From assembly GCF_001447785.1 (NCBI RefSeq), contig NW_015160262.1:198912-262911 (forward strand): a stretch of DNA of 64,000 bases, in the 5' to 3' direction. This DNA comes from Gekko japonicus (taxonomy: Eukaryota). A program made the translations under genes and the position numbers. The notes under the pieces were generated by a model. That model saw only the letters and a program-made list of their open reading frames with translations. It was not told the DNA's origin and did not search any database. Below, piece after piece: positions 11,746 to 23,860 of the stretch (position 1 is its first letter; each line of letters opens with the position of its first letter).

Positions 11746-12203
11746 GGGGAGCGGTGGCACAGAGGATTTATCCTTTGGTTACAGTAACAACTGAACTGAA
11801 CAGAACTGCTGTCAGTTCTAGCCCGTGCTGGTGTGAGCTACCAGCCTTGTCCCCAGCTCGCCGTCCACCTAGCGGTTTGAAAGCTTTGGCGAGTAGATAA
11901 AATGGGTACCACTCCTTAGAGAGGGTGGGCACACTAAACCCCCCCCCCGGGGGGGGAGGTGTTAGCCGGCAAAATGGAATGTCTAGTTCGTAAGCTCGGA
12001 AGCCTGGAAAGATCTCCTCGTCATCAAGAAGCCTGCGATGGGCCGATCCAGCCAGGCAGTGGCAGTGCGGCGCTGCATCTTGAAGCAGTCCTGGAAAAAG
12101 CTGCCGTCATCAAGCCAAGCCGAGTGAATGCCGTCTGGAACACGGCTAAGCCTACAGCTGAACAAAATCCCCGTCGGCTGCAAACGTGTGCGACTTAAAA
12201 GAT
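11746..12203 (+). mobile_element. Sauria-SINE-related element with a different 3' half
   Basis: Diverged Sauria core (CCACCTAGCGGTTTGAAAGC...GTAGATAAAATGGGTACC) followed by unrelated sequence lacking the ACCTTT tail. Confidence 0.55.
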
Positions 12204-12994
12204 TTATATGTTGTCCTCCTTTACCCCTATGAATCATTGTTAGTCCCGTGTGAATGTGTGTAACTGTAAATCACTCAGAGCCAGCAGCTCTGCAGGATTG
12301 AGTGATTAATAAATCCAAAGATATTATTATTATTTCCCAGGGCTCTTTTCTACCAAGGGGTGAAGAGCACATGTAAAGATGAAAACAGTCCATTGTCCTA
12401 TTCTCTGGCTGCACAGATATCGAGCACAGTCGGCCACAAGCAAACCCACCCTTCGGCTGTTACAGGTCCCATATTCCCAGAAGCTACCCAAACATGCACA
12501 GTGGTCAGCACTCGCAATGGCCACTTTCAGAAGCATGCATGCTTCTGGCCTGCAAGTAGCTCTGCCTGTGTTTCCCGAACAACACAGTGAGAATAAGACT
12601 CCGGGGGTCCACCAGAAAGACTTGCCACCCCTGAAGAGCCAAGGTACATAATATTGCTTTGATTCACCAAGGGAAACAGCACTTAGAAAGCAAAGATGTT
12701 TCAGAAGGTCCAAATCATCGGGACAGAGCAGAAAGGACTGCAACCTACTCTCATCTCAGTCAAGAGGGTTTGCTCGGTTCTGAACACATACCGGCCTTCT
12801 GAATGAGGGACCCTCCCTGCCCAGAGTGATCTCACCTACCTTTGTTCTACCCTGGAACACATGGGAAGTCCCAGGTTTTCCTCCTCCTAGGCTGGCACGA
12901 GCTATTTTGCTGCATACAAGTAGGAAAGTCTACTGCAGAGTCTCCGTACAGGCTCAACTGCCATTGCCAGATGGGGGCAGGGGGCATGAAAACT

Positions 12995-13428
12995 GGGGAT
13001 GGGCACGAACAGGATCGTGAATGTAAGTTTGTGATGAATTTTGGTCAAACTGAAGTTCACAAACTGAAGAGCCACTATGAATTTCCATGAATTTTAAGGC
13101 AGTTTATGAAGAGCAGAAAGCAGGGGTTTAAATGGCTCCAAGCTTGGAGCCATTTAAACCCCTGCTTTCTGCTCCCTGCCACTCAGCTCCAAGCCATTTA
13201 ACCCCTTGCTTTCAGCTCTCCATCACTTTCCGTGGGGAGAACCCTTGCTTTCTGCTCAGAGCTATTAAAGCCCCTGCTTTCTGCTCCCTGCCAAAAGCAC
13301 CAAGGAGCAGAAAACGCAGGTGACGAATGGCTACATACCAGCTTGGTTTGCAAACCAATCCCCTAACTCATATAAGTTCATGGTTCAGCCACGAACCAGA
13401 ATGCAAAAATGCAGTTCATGCCCACCCT
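12995..13428. mobile_element. MITE-like element
   Basis: Inverted termini GGGATGGGCACGAAC / GTTCATGCCCACCCT; internal repeats of CCCCTGCTTTCTGCTC. Confidence 0.6.
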
Positions 13429-14065
13429 AATGAAAACACACCCAATACTGGCACAAGCAGAGCACCAGTGGGTTAGAACAGCCTCCACACACTTTATTCC
13501 CACAGAGTATGTTCTGCCACCACCCATCCTGCTCTATCCTGTCACACCTGCATTTTGCATAGCCCCCAACAACCCTTAAAGGTTGTTCTTCCCCTCCCAG
13601 CTAGAGAATGGCTCAGTAAGGAAACAAAAAAGCATTTGAAAAAGTGAAGTGTGTATGAAACTAAATTAAGGTCTACATACAAACTGAAGGTAGCTGTGGG
13701 GGATACCTAGACGGACAGTCCCGCTTGCAGATACTTTATAGTTTCCCCTTTACTTCAGAGAAAATGAGAGTAAAGGGGGGGGAGAACAGGAGTCAGAAAA
13801 GCTACGTACAGATTTGGACACAACACTCCCCTTTAGAGCAGGGGGTTTCCTCCTGCCCATGTAGAGGAAACTCCCCATATGAAAGCAGCTCTAGTAGGGA
13901 GAACAGGTTCACGCAGAAAGAAGAAGGAAACACCCGACTAGTAAAGCAAACTTAGACCAGTTACATGTTGTGGTAGAGCATATCTTTTTTTAAAAAATCA
14001 AAGTGCTTGGAGAAGTATTGCATATGTAAAGTGTTCTTATTTACTTATTTACAATGTAGATAGAT

Positions 14066-14250
14066 CAAGATGGATAGCTACGTTAGTCTGTCTGTAGCAG
14101 CAAAAAAGAGCAAGAGTCCAGGAGCCCCTTAAAGACTAACAAACTTTGTGGCAGGGGATGAGCTTTCATGAAGTGAGCAGTGACTCATGAAAGCTCATAT
14201 CCTGCCACAAATTTTGTTAGCCTTTAAGGTGCTACTCGACTCTTGCTTTT
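14066..14250. mobile_element. Penelope-like terminal fragment in inverted (fold-back) arrangement
   Basis: CCTTAAAGACTAACAAA...AGCTTTCATGA / TCATGAAAGCT...TTTGTTAGCCTTTAAGG; related fragments at about 26670, 43950, 48840, 50410, 55135 and 61300. Family assignment is from recollection. Confidence 0.6.
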
Positions 14251-14633
14251 ATTTACAACGTGTATCTCAGGTACTTTACATACATAAAGCAGCTCAGCTT
14301 CCATAGGCATGCAATTAAAGGAGGTGCAAATTTAAAGAAGATTGCTACATATTCCCAATGTGGGGCTGTCTATTCAGTAGGAAAACCTGAGACTGATAGG
14401 ATTAGATCTGCATAACTCTGCATAAAACAGTAATCCAGAAGAAACAAAGGATTTTCCAGATGCTTCATCCCATCTCTTGCAGCCTAAAAAGTTTCCTCCT
14501 TCCTGTAAGAGACCCATGCTTTTCATGACTCAGTTTCATCTGAAGAAGGCTGCCATGGAATTGGGAGAACCTTTGTTAAAAGAAAAAAGGGGATCCGCCA
14601 AAGAGAAGCGCTACAGGCCTACACCTGCATAAA

Positions 14634-14980
14634 AAAGGTAAAGGTTCCCTTGCTCGAAAGCCAGTCGAATCCGACTCTAGGCTTGCGGTGCTCATCTCCG
14701 TTTCAAAGCTGAAGAGCCAGCGCTGTCCGAAGACGTTTCCGTGGTCATGTGGCCGGCATGACTAAACACCAAGGCGCACGGAATGCTGTTACCTTCCCAC
14801 TGAAGTGGTACCTATTTATCTACTTGCAATTTCTTGCTTTCGAACTGCTAGGTTGGCAGGAGCTGGAACTAGAGACAGGAGCTCACTCCGTCATGCGGCA
14901 ACTCGGGTCTTGAACTGCTGAACTACTGACCTTCCACAGCCTGCAGTTCAGCATCTTAACCACTTGAGCCACTGCAGCTC
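14634..14980 (-). mobile_element. Sauria SINE
   Basis: Reverse-complement near-copy of 11033-11377. Confidence 0.9.
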
Positions 14981-16067
14981 ATACTGCCACACATATCAAT
15001 TCAGTGCCTCAATCCTAAATGTACTCCTAGGTAAGAAGTTCCATTAATCAAGCTTCAAGCGATTCAGAGCACAAGAGACTGGCACCTGAAAATTAACTCT
15101 TGGTTAAGGGGAAAACCCAATAGCTGCTCTAAAGCACGCACGCACTCCCGAAGGTTCCTATTTTAGTTAAGCGTGGTGTCTGTAATCCTATTGGCCCCCA
15201 GCGTACAAGATCGTAATGCAAAATCCAGGCCAGAACACGGTGATTTAAGATCATTTTGTTATGACAGATGGCGGTTTTTGACGGGAGGGAGAGAGGGGAA
15301 GTTCACGGTGATAATATTACTCCAGTTCCCAGCATGGGGGATTACACATCCCAAGTAAACTAGCTCTCGGCTGTTCGGCAGCAACAGAGCAAGAGCAGGC
15401 TTCAGTTGAGTCAAGCCACCCCCTTGGATCTTGGGACCAGTTGGCACCTTCTTCCTCTCCAATCACCTTCTGGCCATTCCAACTGCAACTCTCACAGGCA
15501 TTTATTCTAAAGAGGAAACTGTATTCTAGTAAAGGGGCAAAGGGCTTTTCAGTTGGAACGGAAATTAGAAGCCTATGCATTTGCACAGAAGAGACTGGCA
15601 CGGGTAGGAAATTTCCAAATAGAGAACTACCTTGTTGCTTAACAGGAAGGCTTAGGGAAGAACAAACTTAGTCCCATGGCTGCCCTGACTATACTTCTTT
15701 CACATTCATATCCATGCTTTGCCAAGCAGCTACCCCATTTCATCTTTAGAACAATCCTGCAAGATAGGTTAGGCTGAAGCATAATGACTGGCTCATGTAA
15801 ACATGGGAAGTTTCATGAGAGAGTCAAAATATACATTCTGAAGAAATGGCCTTGCTATACTTGTGTTCTGGAAGAGCTCTGCTTCAAAACATGGGCAGAA
15901 AACGAATCTCCTATAGTGAGACACCCCCCCCCGTGAACTCACCCCCCTCCCCAAACACAGGACTACCACACCAGGGAGATTTCCAGCCCAGCCATCTTCC
16001 TAAACGTAAGGGGAAAGTTTCACAGACCACGTCACAGCTTCTTACCATGCCTCACTACTCTGACATT

Positions 16068-16752
16068 CTATTTATTTACTACCTTTATACCCCCACGTTT
16101 CTCCCCCATGGGGACCCAAAGTGGCTAACATAACTGTTTTACACTTATAACAACCCCATGAGGTAGGTTAGGCTACAGCAGGGGTGTTAAATGCATTTGT
16201 TTTAAGGGCTGGATCTGACATAAATGAGACCTTGTTGGGCTGGGCCATGTGTGTCATAAAACGTAATGCCAGGTAGCAGAGATATAAACTTTATAAAGGG
16301 CACAAACACAAAGGGTTTCTTTTTAGTTAAAATAAAAACATGCTTAAAACATTAGCACTCTTGCAATATTTTGTTTATTTAACAGTGTCTGATAACCGAC
16401 ACCTCTTGCTCTGAATTATTGCATCAAAATGTCTGTGCTGTTGCAATCTTGGGTATGCTGTTCAGGTGTGTATCTTTAAGCTGCAAACCTACAATGATGC
16501 AGCAGCATTGGAAGCAGCATTGGAAGAAGCAGCAGAAGACAGCCAGTTCCACTGATAGTTCCACTATCAGTTCCACTGATAGAAACCCTCGGGGGGCCTA
16601 ATCCGGCCCCCAGGCCACATGTTTGACACCCCTGGTCAAGAGTGTGTGATCAAGCCAAGGTCACCCAGCAAGCTCCCATGGCAGAGTGGAGATTTGAACC
16701 TGGGTCTCCCGGATTCTAGTTTGACACTCCAACCACTACACCACACTGGCTC
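16068..16752 (-). mobile_element. Squam3/MIR-like SINE split by a hAT-type MITE (16179-16634)
   Basis: SINE halves flank an insert with TIRs CAGGGGTGTTAAA / TTTGACACCCCTG. Confidence 0.75.
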
Positions 16753-17987
16753 TAAATCGATTTGTTAAGGGAAGACAGAATCTACAAGTTTTAAAAGTAA
16801 TTAAAAAAAAATTGCTTCCAACCAACTCACAGGTGGTATACAGGTGGTGTACTGTTTCCATTAGTTAGAGCATCCAACCTGTACTTCAATAAAATGGAAG
16901 AAGTCCAGCCCATCACCCCTCTAACACCATTAGGTGAAGAAACAAAACAGCACATTTAATGCGGCTAGGTATGTCCAGCTGTGGAACCTCTGTCCAATAT
17001 AATTGCAAAGACCTCCCACCAAGCTTCAGAGAGGCAACATAGCAGTTCTATCATTCACAGCAGATAATTTAATAAGGACATTCTCCTTTACTTATCTTGG
17101 ATTCAAATCTGACAGCTCTCCAGCTTCTGGCTTGGTAAACTATTAATAATGGTCTATTTGCTTTTATCCAGTACTGCCATAACAAGAATCATTGAAGATA
17201 CTCAATCTTACCTATTTGAATGTGATTATCTGCAAGCCAAAGCAGGATACCAACCAGGTAATTTAATCATCCCTAGCAGCAAATACAATTTCCCCCACTG
17301 TCCAAACTAGTTAGGATTGGCTTGTGTATATGCCAAGTCACTGCAGAAAGTGAAGAGAAGTGGTGAATTCTTTTCATTAGTAAAGTAGCTAATTGTATCC
17401 CTCTGGAACATAGACTATAGCCTGTACCGAACATATATAGGAATGTATAATCTTTTTCTAAGATTTTCAAGGCTTGCTAACTCCCGCACAATACCTAGGT
17501 CTACCAATAACCCTTTGTAGTGCTTCATATACTAGCACAAGACAGCCACATTCCAAACCCACTGGGAGCGGCAAGGATTAGTCCAGCACTGATCCAATAA
17601 CACTAATTTTCAAAAAAATCACTGACAAATTTTCTGCCTTGGTAACATACCACAAAAGCAGCACTCAAGCTAATCGCAGTCCTTGGAAAAGAGAGATTAC
17701 AAGACTGCAGCGCTGCTTTGTTCAGCCACATTGATTCAATATCACTTTGTAATGTGAACTCCGAAGCGCCTTGTGCATGAGTAAGCATTTCTCATTGAAC
17801 AACTATGCTCGCTATGTTGTTTTGGTGATCTCACACAGAACAAGCGTGGCTCTTGGAAACACAAGCGTTTCACGAAATGCTATCCTTCATACTGGAACCC
17901 AGAACAGCAGATCCCCACCAAAACACCAGGTTCGATCCAGCTTCCACGTGGATGAGGACCACAGCTCAGATGTGTGGTACCCCAATC

Positions 17988-18204
17988 TGGATAGCCCAGG
18001 CTAGGCTGATATCATCAGATCTATGCTATGAGATGCTAAGCAGGGTCAGCTCTGGCTACTATTTGGATGGGAGACCACCAAGAGAGTAAAGGGTCTCTAC
18101 GCAGAGCCAGGCAATGGCAAAACACCTCTGAATGTCTTTTGCCTTGAAAACCCTACAGGGTCACCATAAGTCAACTGGGACTTGATGGCAAAACAACAAC
18201 AACA
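17988..18204 (+). mobile_element. 5S rRNA-derived SINE with RTE-like tail
   Basis: GCTAAGCAGGGTCAG...TTTGGATGGGAGACC resembles the 5S internal control region; tail GGGTCACCATAAGTC...GACTTGATGGC. Confidence 0.7.
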
Positions 18205-19139
18205 GAAAGGCAAGAGACCAAGTTTTTGAAGTAGTATTAATAGTACTAATATCAAAGTACAGGGAGAGTTAGACTTCCACAGGATACGGATTGCAGCTCC
18301 TTACAAAAAGTGCTTTGTTCCTCACAACACTTTTTAAAACTCTGGTTAAAAAAAAACTACTTTGACGAAAACAAAAGGGCAAGACTTCCACAGAGCTCCC
18401 AAATTATAAGGTTTTGTTAAGAGTCGTAATTTTGACAACACCATAATGCTCCCAGCTCTTAAGCCCTGCTAGTGCATCCTAGGAACGAGGAAATGCCACT
18501 GAGAAGGACTTACTCCTAAGCAAGTTCGGTCAGATTGCATAGGGCTGCACAGCTGCTAACCCAGATGCACTGAATCACACAGGATTGCAGCCTTCATTTC
18601 TTGCCTAGGGAATAAACCACTTAAGTGATTTAATTATATCACACCCTCGGCCTTTCAGGAAACTACATCATCATAAACAGTTTAAAAGGCAGGGCAAATT
18701 TTATTCACCCCACAAACAGACTGCTACCAATACACACACCTTTCCCCTCCAAATGTAAATGTCACCACAAAATACAAGTTCAGAAGAAGAAAACCCCCCC
18801 CATCAAAAGTCCAGGCTTCCCATGAACAGAAACTGCAGTACAAGAATTCCTTACATTCCTTTGCAAAAGCCTTTAGTTGGCAACACAGAGTAGGTTAGAA
18901 GTCACCGGCAGTAGAGTGTATCCCACTAGAAATACTACTCCAGCTCAAAAGATGTCAGGTCCATACGGCAGGTTCTTCAAAAAGAGAAGTCGTTTTAAAA
19001 AGGAGCCCTGGAAACACACCTGCTCTTAAATACACTCCGTCACCTTACCACTTAGCTTCCTCTGGAAAGCACCTGGAAGCTCAAGGGCAGGGTCCCCTAG
19101 CCCCTTAAGACTTTAAAGACAGACGGGGGGGGGGCAGAG

Positions 19140-20206
19140 AGAGAAACGCGGCCTTAAGGAAGGGAGTCGCAAGTCTCATAAAGCCACCCACCAAAGCGCC
19201 GAAGTTTCCTTCCCCTCTTACCTCTGCTAACCCTCCCCTGCCGGAGCGGACAAACACCTCGGGAAAGGCCTGGGCGACCAAGGCACCCCCTTCCGAGAGC
19301 TCACCCCTCTCCCCAGCCAGGACGGAATGGCGCGAGTCCCCTTCCCTCTCCTGTTACTTACTCACGAGGGGGGCATGGTTCCGCGTCTCCTTCGCTTCGC
19401 CCCCCCCCCCGGTCGCCCCCCTTTAGCAGCGGCGCCGCTTGCCCTCCTCCAACCAAGCCCTACCTCTTCCTAGCCAGGCGACCGAGGCGGGTTCTGCCCG
19501 GCGGCTGAGCCAATACGCCGGATTTCCCCGCAGCCGCTCAGGCCACGTCCGCTCAATCAGCAGCCGGGGAAGGCGGAACTTCGGGGAGGCCCGCGGTGGA
19601 AGGCGGGGCCGCTGGCCGAACCAGACGCGCGGGCAGCGGCGGAGAAGGGAGCCGGGCTGCGGCGGGGTGACTTCTTCCTGGCGAGCTCCATGTGACTGCG
19701 CCAGAGGTTCCCAGCTGTGCGCTATTTAACTCCGCCAGCCCGGGCGCTGCCGCCTTCGGGAGAGCGCTGCCGGGGTCGAGGCGGAGCCGCGCGCTTAAGG
19801 AGACAGTGGTGGATCCAGGCAGGGCGCTCGCCGTCTGAAGTGGGCTTTCGTGCGTTGCGCCTTTTCTCCCTGCAGTCGGCTGCGCAGAAGGGAAGAGGCG
19901 GTCTCCCCGGAGATGTTGGAGAGCCGCCGCCGCCGCCGGGCGATGCTGTTTCCCGCGCCCCGAGATCCTCTCCAAGCGCCCGGGCTTCTTGCAGACTCGA
20001 CGGCTTGGTGAGCAGCGCGGGGCTCCCGGCGAAGGCGCGCTTGGGGGGCTCCGGCCATGCGTTGCGCGGTCCGGAGGCGGCTGTCGAGTAATTCGGGCTG
20101 ACCTGCGGGAGGCGAAGCGGGCGGAGAGGAAAAGGAGGAGGCGGAGGCGCGCCGTCGGTCGCCAGCAGCTTGCCCGCCGGCCCGGCCGCCCTCACCAGCG
20201 TGCGCC
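19140..20206. promoter_or_regulatory. CpG-island bidirectional promoter shared by ANKRD27 (-) and RGS9BP (+)
   Basis: Very high GC and CpG density, CCAAT at 19510-19514, GC boxes; the two genes diverge from it. Confidence 0.8.
19366..19500 (-). other. ANKRD27: putative non-coding exon 1 of ANKRD27 (5' boundary approximate)
   Basis: Strong minus-strand donor gtgagtaagt at 19365-19356 at the edge of the CpG island; another donor-like gtaaga near 19221. TSS not determinable from sequence. Confidence 0.55.
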
Positions 20207-20917
20207 ATGGTGAAAGAGGAGTGCAAAGCGCTGCTGGACGCGCTCAACAAAGTGACTGCCTGCTACCGGCAGCTGGTGCTGACCATCGGGGGCACCTCGG
20301 ACTCGCAGAACCTGCGCGAGGAGCTGAAGAAGACCCGGCAGAAAGCCCAGGAGCTGGCGGTGGCCAACCGGAACAAGCTGACGGCGGCCTTGCGGGACAA
20401 GACGGTCAGCAAGGAGGACCGGGCGGAGTTCGAGCGGCTCTGGGTCCTCTTCACGTCCTGCATGGAGATCTTGGAGACCGACATGAAGAGGGCCCTGGAG
20501 CTGGGCCAGGAGTTCCCCCTCAACGTGCCCAAGAAGCACCTGATGCAGACGGGCATGAGCGGCGGCACCTCCGGCGTGGCCGCCCGGGCCATGAGCGTCC
20601 AGAACATGAAGTACGACGCCGACCACAACATCGACGTGGTGGACCTGAAAGACCTGGAGAACGAGATCAACCAGGTCGGGGAGATGATGTACGAGATGGA
20701 GATGAAGGTCAACGTCCCGCAGTGGACGGTGGAGGCCAAGCAGGACCCCGGGGCCGAGCTCAACTCCGCCATCAGCGTGGCCGCCTCCTCCATCGGCATG
20801 ATCGAAGTGGAGAGCAAGTCCTATTGCAATGCTCGCAAAGCGGTGGCCGGCTCCGTTTTCTCGGCCGTCCTCCTGATCGCCGTCGTCCTGGCGGTGTGCG
20901 TGGTGAAACTCTCCTAA
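20207..20917 (+). CDS. RGS9BP: Regulator of G-protein signalling 9-binding protein (R9AP), intronless, 236 aa
   Basis: gccATGG Kozak context; [40 protein letters not shown] matches the recalled R9AP N-terminus; coiled-coil body and C-terminal hydrophobic anchor ([21 protein letters not shown]); syntenic between ANKRD27 and NUDT19. Confidence 0.97.
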   Translation: MVKEECKALLDALNKVTACYRQLVLTIGGTSDSQNLREELKKTRQKAQELAVANRNKLTAALRDKTVSKEDRAEFERLWVLFTSCMEILETDMKRALELGQEFPLNVPKKHLMQTGMSGGTSGVAARAMSVQNMKYDADHNIDVVDLKDLENEINQVGEMMYEMEMKVNVPQWTVEAKQDPGAELNSAISVAASSIGMIEVESKSYCNARKAVAGSVFSAVLLIAVVLAVCVVKLS

Positions 20918-23667
20918 GGGCTGAGGTGCAGGACCCGGGAAAGATGATCGGGGGGAGGGAGAGGAGAAGGGGTTTTGCACCCTGAGAATACAGTTTTTTG
21001 CTGAGCCAAGGATGTACCAGAGTGGATCTCCCTGCTGGAGAGGGAAGGTGGAATCTGATCGGACCCTCAGTGGGGTGGGGAAAGATCTTTCTTCGCAATA
21101 TTCTAGCTTTAAAGAACAATTGATACAAGATGCACCTCCCTTTGCAAACAGAGGAGAAAAACACACTGTACGTTTACCTGGGAGTAATCACCACTGAACG
21201 CCATGGGATTTACTTCTGAGTAGACATGCCTAGGATTGAGCCAAGCATCTGTTTGCTGGCCTCTTTGTGGTTAATAATATGTGGGTATTAAAACTGCCTG
21301 CTGGAGCAGGGATTTGACTGCTATTTATAGAGGACTATTCTCAGTAACTAAACACCAATTGTTCACCAATTGGCTGCAGTTTGCGTCCCTTTTTATCCAC
21401 AGCACAGGATTTGAGGGTGGGCATGAATTAGGTGGCAAAGTGGAAGGACTTCAGGGATTTATATATTTTTCCTCCTACGAACATAAAGGATGCGGAGTCC
21501 TGAGAAAAACAAATCTCTTATCCTTCAAAAGGAAGTAACCAACTGTATTTTTTTATCCTTTGGAGCTAAGGTTGAGAATCTGGTGTTTAGAACCAAATGG
21601 TGTGCAGACCTGAACTGTATGTGCAGGAACAAATGCAAGGCAATCCAGGTCTGCAGAGAAAACGATTTATACATCAGTTACTGAGATCTTAAGACATCCA
21701 GTTTTCAGTTCCCTATTTTATTACATGTTCTTGGGCAGAGCCCCTGGTTCATTGTTAAAACCCATAAGCCCATTCCGGGGGGAAGGGGGCACACAGGTTC
21801 ATTCCCCCCCCACTCCCATTGGGTTAAAGGCCATAGGTGCTACACTTCTGACCATCCTTACCAGAAAGTACGCCACATTGTATTTAGTAAGGTTGTCTTC
21901 CAGCTATGTGTATTTGTAATTTGCTTCACTGGTATTTAAGACTGAAGTCTTCTGCATAATAACCTTGGGGAATGCCTCAATGGAATGTATTTTCTAATGA
22001 ACAAAAAGGATTGTGCTGTACAACTTCTCTGAATCATGGTTGCTACACTGCAATGCAACAGTGAGACTGGTGAATCCATAAGGAAGATGCTAATCATGTT
22101 TACTCAGAAGTAAGATAAATAGGACTCCTTACTAAGTGCTTAAGATTGAAGTCTTAAATTCTCATGCTCTTGTCTGAACACTTTCCAGACAGCACCTTCG
22201 GGATCACACTGTGATCTTGGGTTATGAACACAGTTGCATGGAAGTTAAGTTCCACTCATGTCAAGAATGAAGTGTCAGGGTGATCTAGAAGTAATTTACA
22301 GCTTTATTTAAATTTAAAAAGTATACAGGCCATTTGAAATCATGTAAGATTCAATCTCCCGTTTGTTTCTACAGTAGAAGTAGATGCTTGGCCTCACGTT
22401 GACAGTCAGATGTTTGCACATGTGCATCTCTTAATGGGATCTAAATAGGTACCTGCAGGACTTGAGAAGATTAGAACCAATCTTGTAATCTTGACATACC
22501 CAAGTGTGCTACTGTGACTTGGATAGCAGCATTTGGGTCTGTAGCTGACAGGAGGCCCATGATACTTGAGAGTCTTAAATGTAATAAGAATGTAAACCTT
22601 ATAACAAATTTTCCTCCTTTACGAAGCACACACAGAACACACACACATGATCTGAGATTTATCAGCTTCCAACTCAGATATTATATCTAAAGTACATTTC
22701 TTTATGGATTATATAAATCTGTTATTTACAGTGGATTCATGAAGTACACCAGAAATGCCTGTTTTCCTGAGTAGGAAAGGCTCTGCTCATAAAGATTTTA
22801 ATCTGAAGAGTTGCTGCCTTTTAGTCACAATTACTTGTTGAAGACAGTTTATTCAGCAAGCAGCTCTCTTATTCAAAATCATATGGACATTTTTCAATAT
22901 AGAATTCTAACTTATTCAAATAACATTTCCCCCTAACTCTTAAGCAGCAACAGGGAGTAGTTTACAGGGCAATCCCAAACATAGTTAAACTCTTCTATCC
23001 ATTAGGATTAGAAGGGCATAACTCTGTTTAGAAGGATTTCGCTCTGTTAATGCACATAAAACACATTTTTACACTTGCTCTTAATAAAGAGTGAGATTGT
23101 TAATTGAAATAAGAGAGAGTTTACAGGTTAAAATTGCACTCTGCAGACTTTATATGCATGAAAACAAAAACACTCATCCAAACCCCTAGGTCTAAATTAA
23201 GGTCTTGTGTTACTTTCTCTAACAGTGATGATGTATCTTCTGTGCCTGGGTTAGCAGTGATAAATGCAAACCATGTGGTCTGTGATTCCCTAGCTCAATT
23301 TTTGGCATTTCCAGTTAAATGATTTTAGGTAACACAGCTGGGTTACCTCTTAAAACCATTGAGATGCTGTCGTAGATTATGCTGACCGGGATGGTCCAAT
23401 TGTAGCTCATTATGGCTTTGGATCCACTAGTCGTTTTTGCAGACAGGAGGGATTTCCATCTATGGAGCATGATCTCTTCTCCTCCCTGCTTCTACTGTAG
23501 CCTGAAGTGCCCCTCCTGGCGAACAGAGGACCCCCCCCTCTCCAGGAACACCTGGGGGGGGGTCAGTGAAATTCACTTCCCCTTCTGTTCACAGAAACCC
23601 TCTGGTGGTTCCATGCCTATATCTAGATCAAACTATTAGCCATCACTAATCTTACACCTGCCCTGAC

Positions 23668-23860
23668 CTGGATAGCCCAGGCCAGCCCAATCTGCTCAGA
23701 TCTCGGAAGCTAAGTCGGGTTAGCCTTGGATGGGAGACCTCCAGGGAATACCAGAATTGGGATGGAGAGAGAGGCAATGGCAAACCACCTCTGAACGTCT
23801 CTTGCCTTGAAAATCCCACGGGGTTGCCATAAGTCAGCTATGACTTGATGGCACTTTCCA
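23668..23860 (+). mobile_element. 5S rRNA-derived SINE
   Basis: GATCTCGGAAGCTAAG...TTGGATGGGAGACC 5S-like head, same body as 17988-18204. Confidence 0.72.

Noticed and set aside
20170-21166. Long overlapping ORFs on the antisense strand and alternative frames (324, 271 and 184 aa) over RGS9BP
   Set aside because: Expected shadows of a GC3-rich coding sequence in a CpG island; low-complexity peptides with no recognisable domain.
17988-23860. 5S rRNA genes at about 17990 and 23670 (also 61475)
   Set aside because: Only a diverged part of 5S is present, fused to a shared non-5S body and tail, so these are SINEs.
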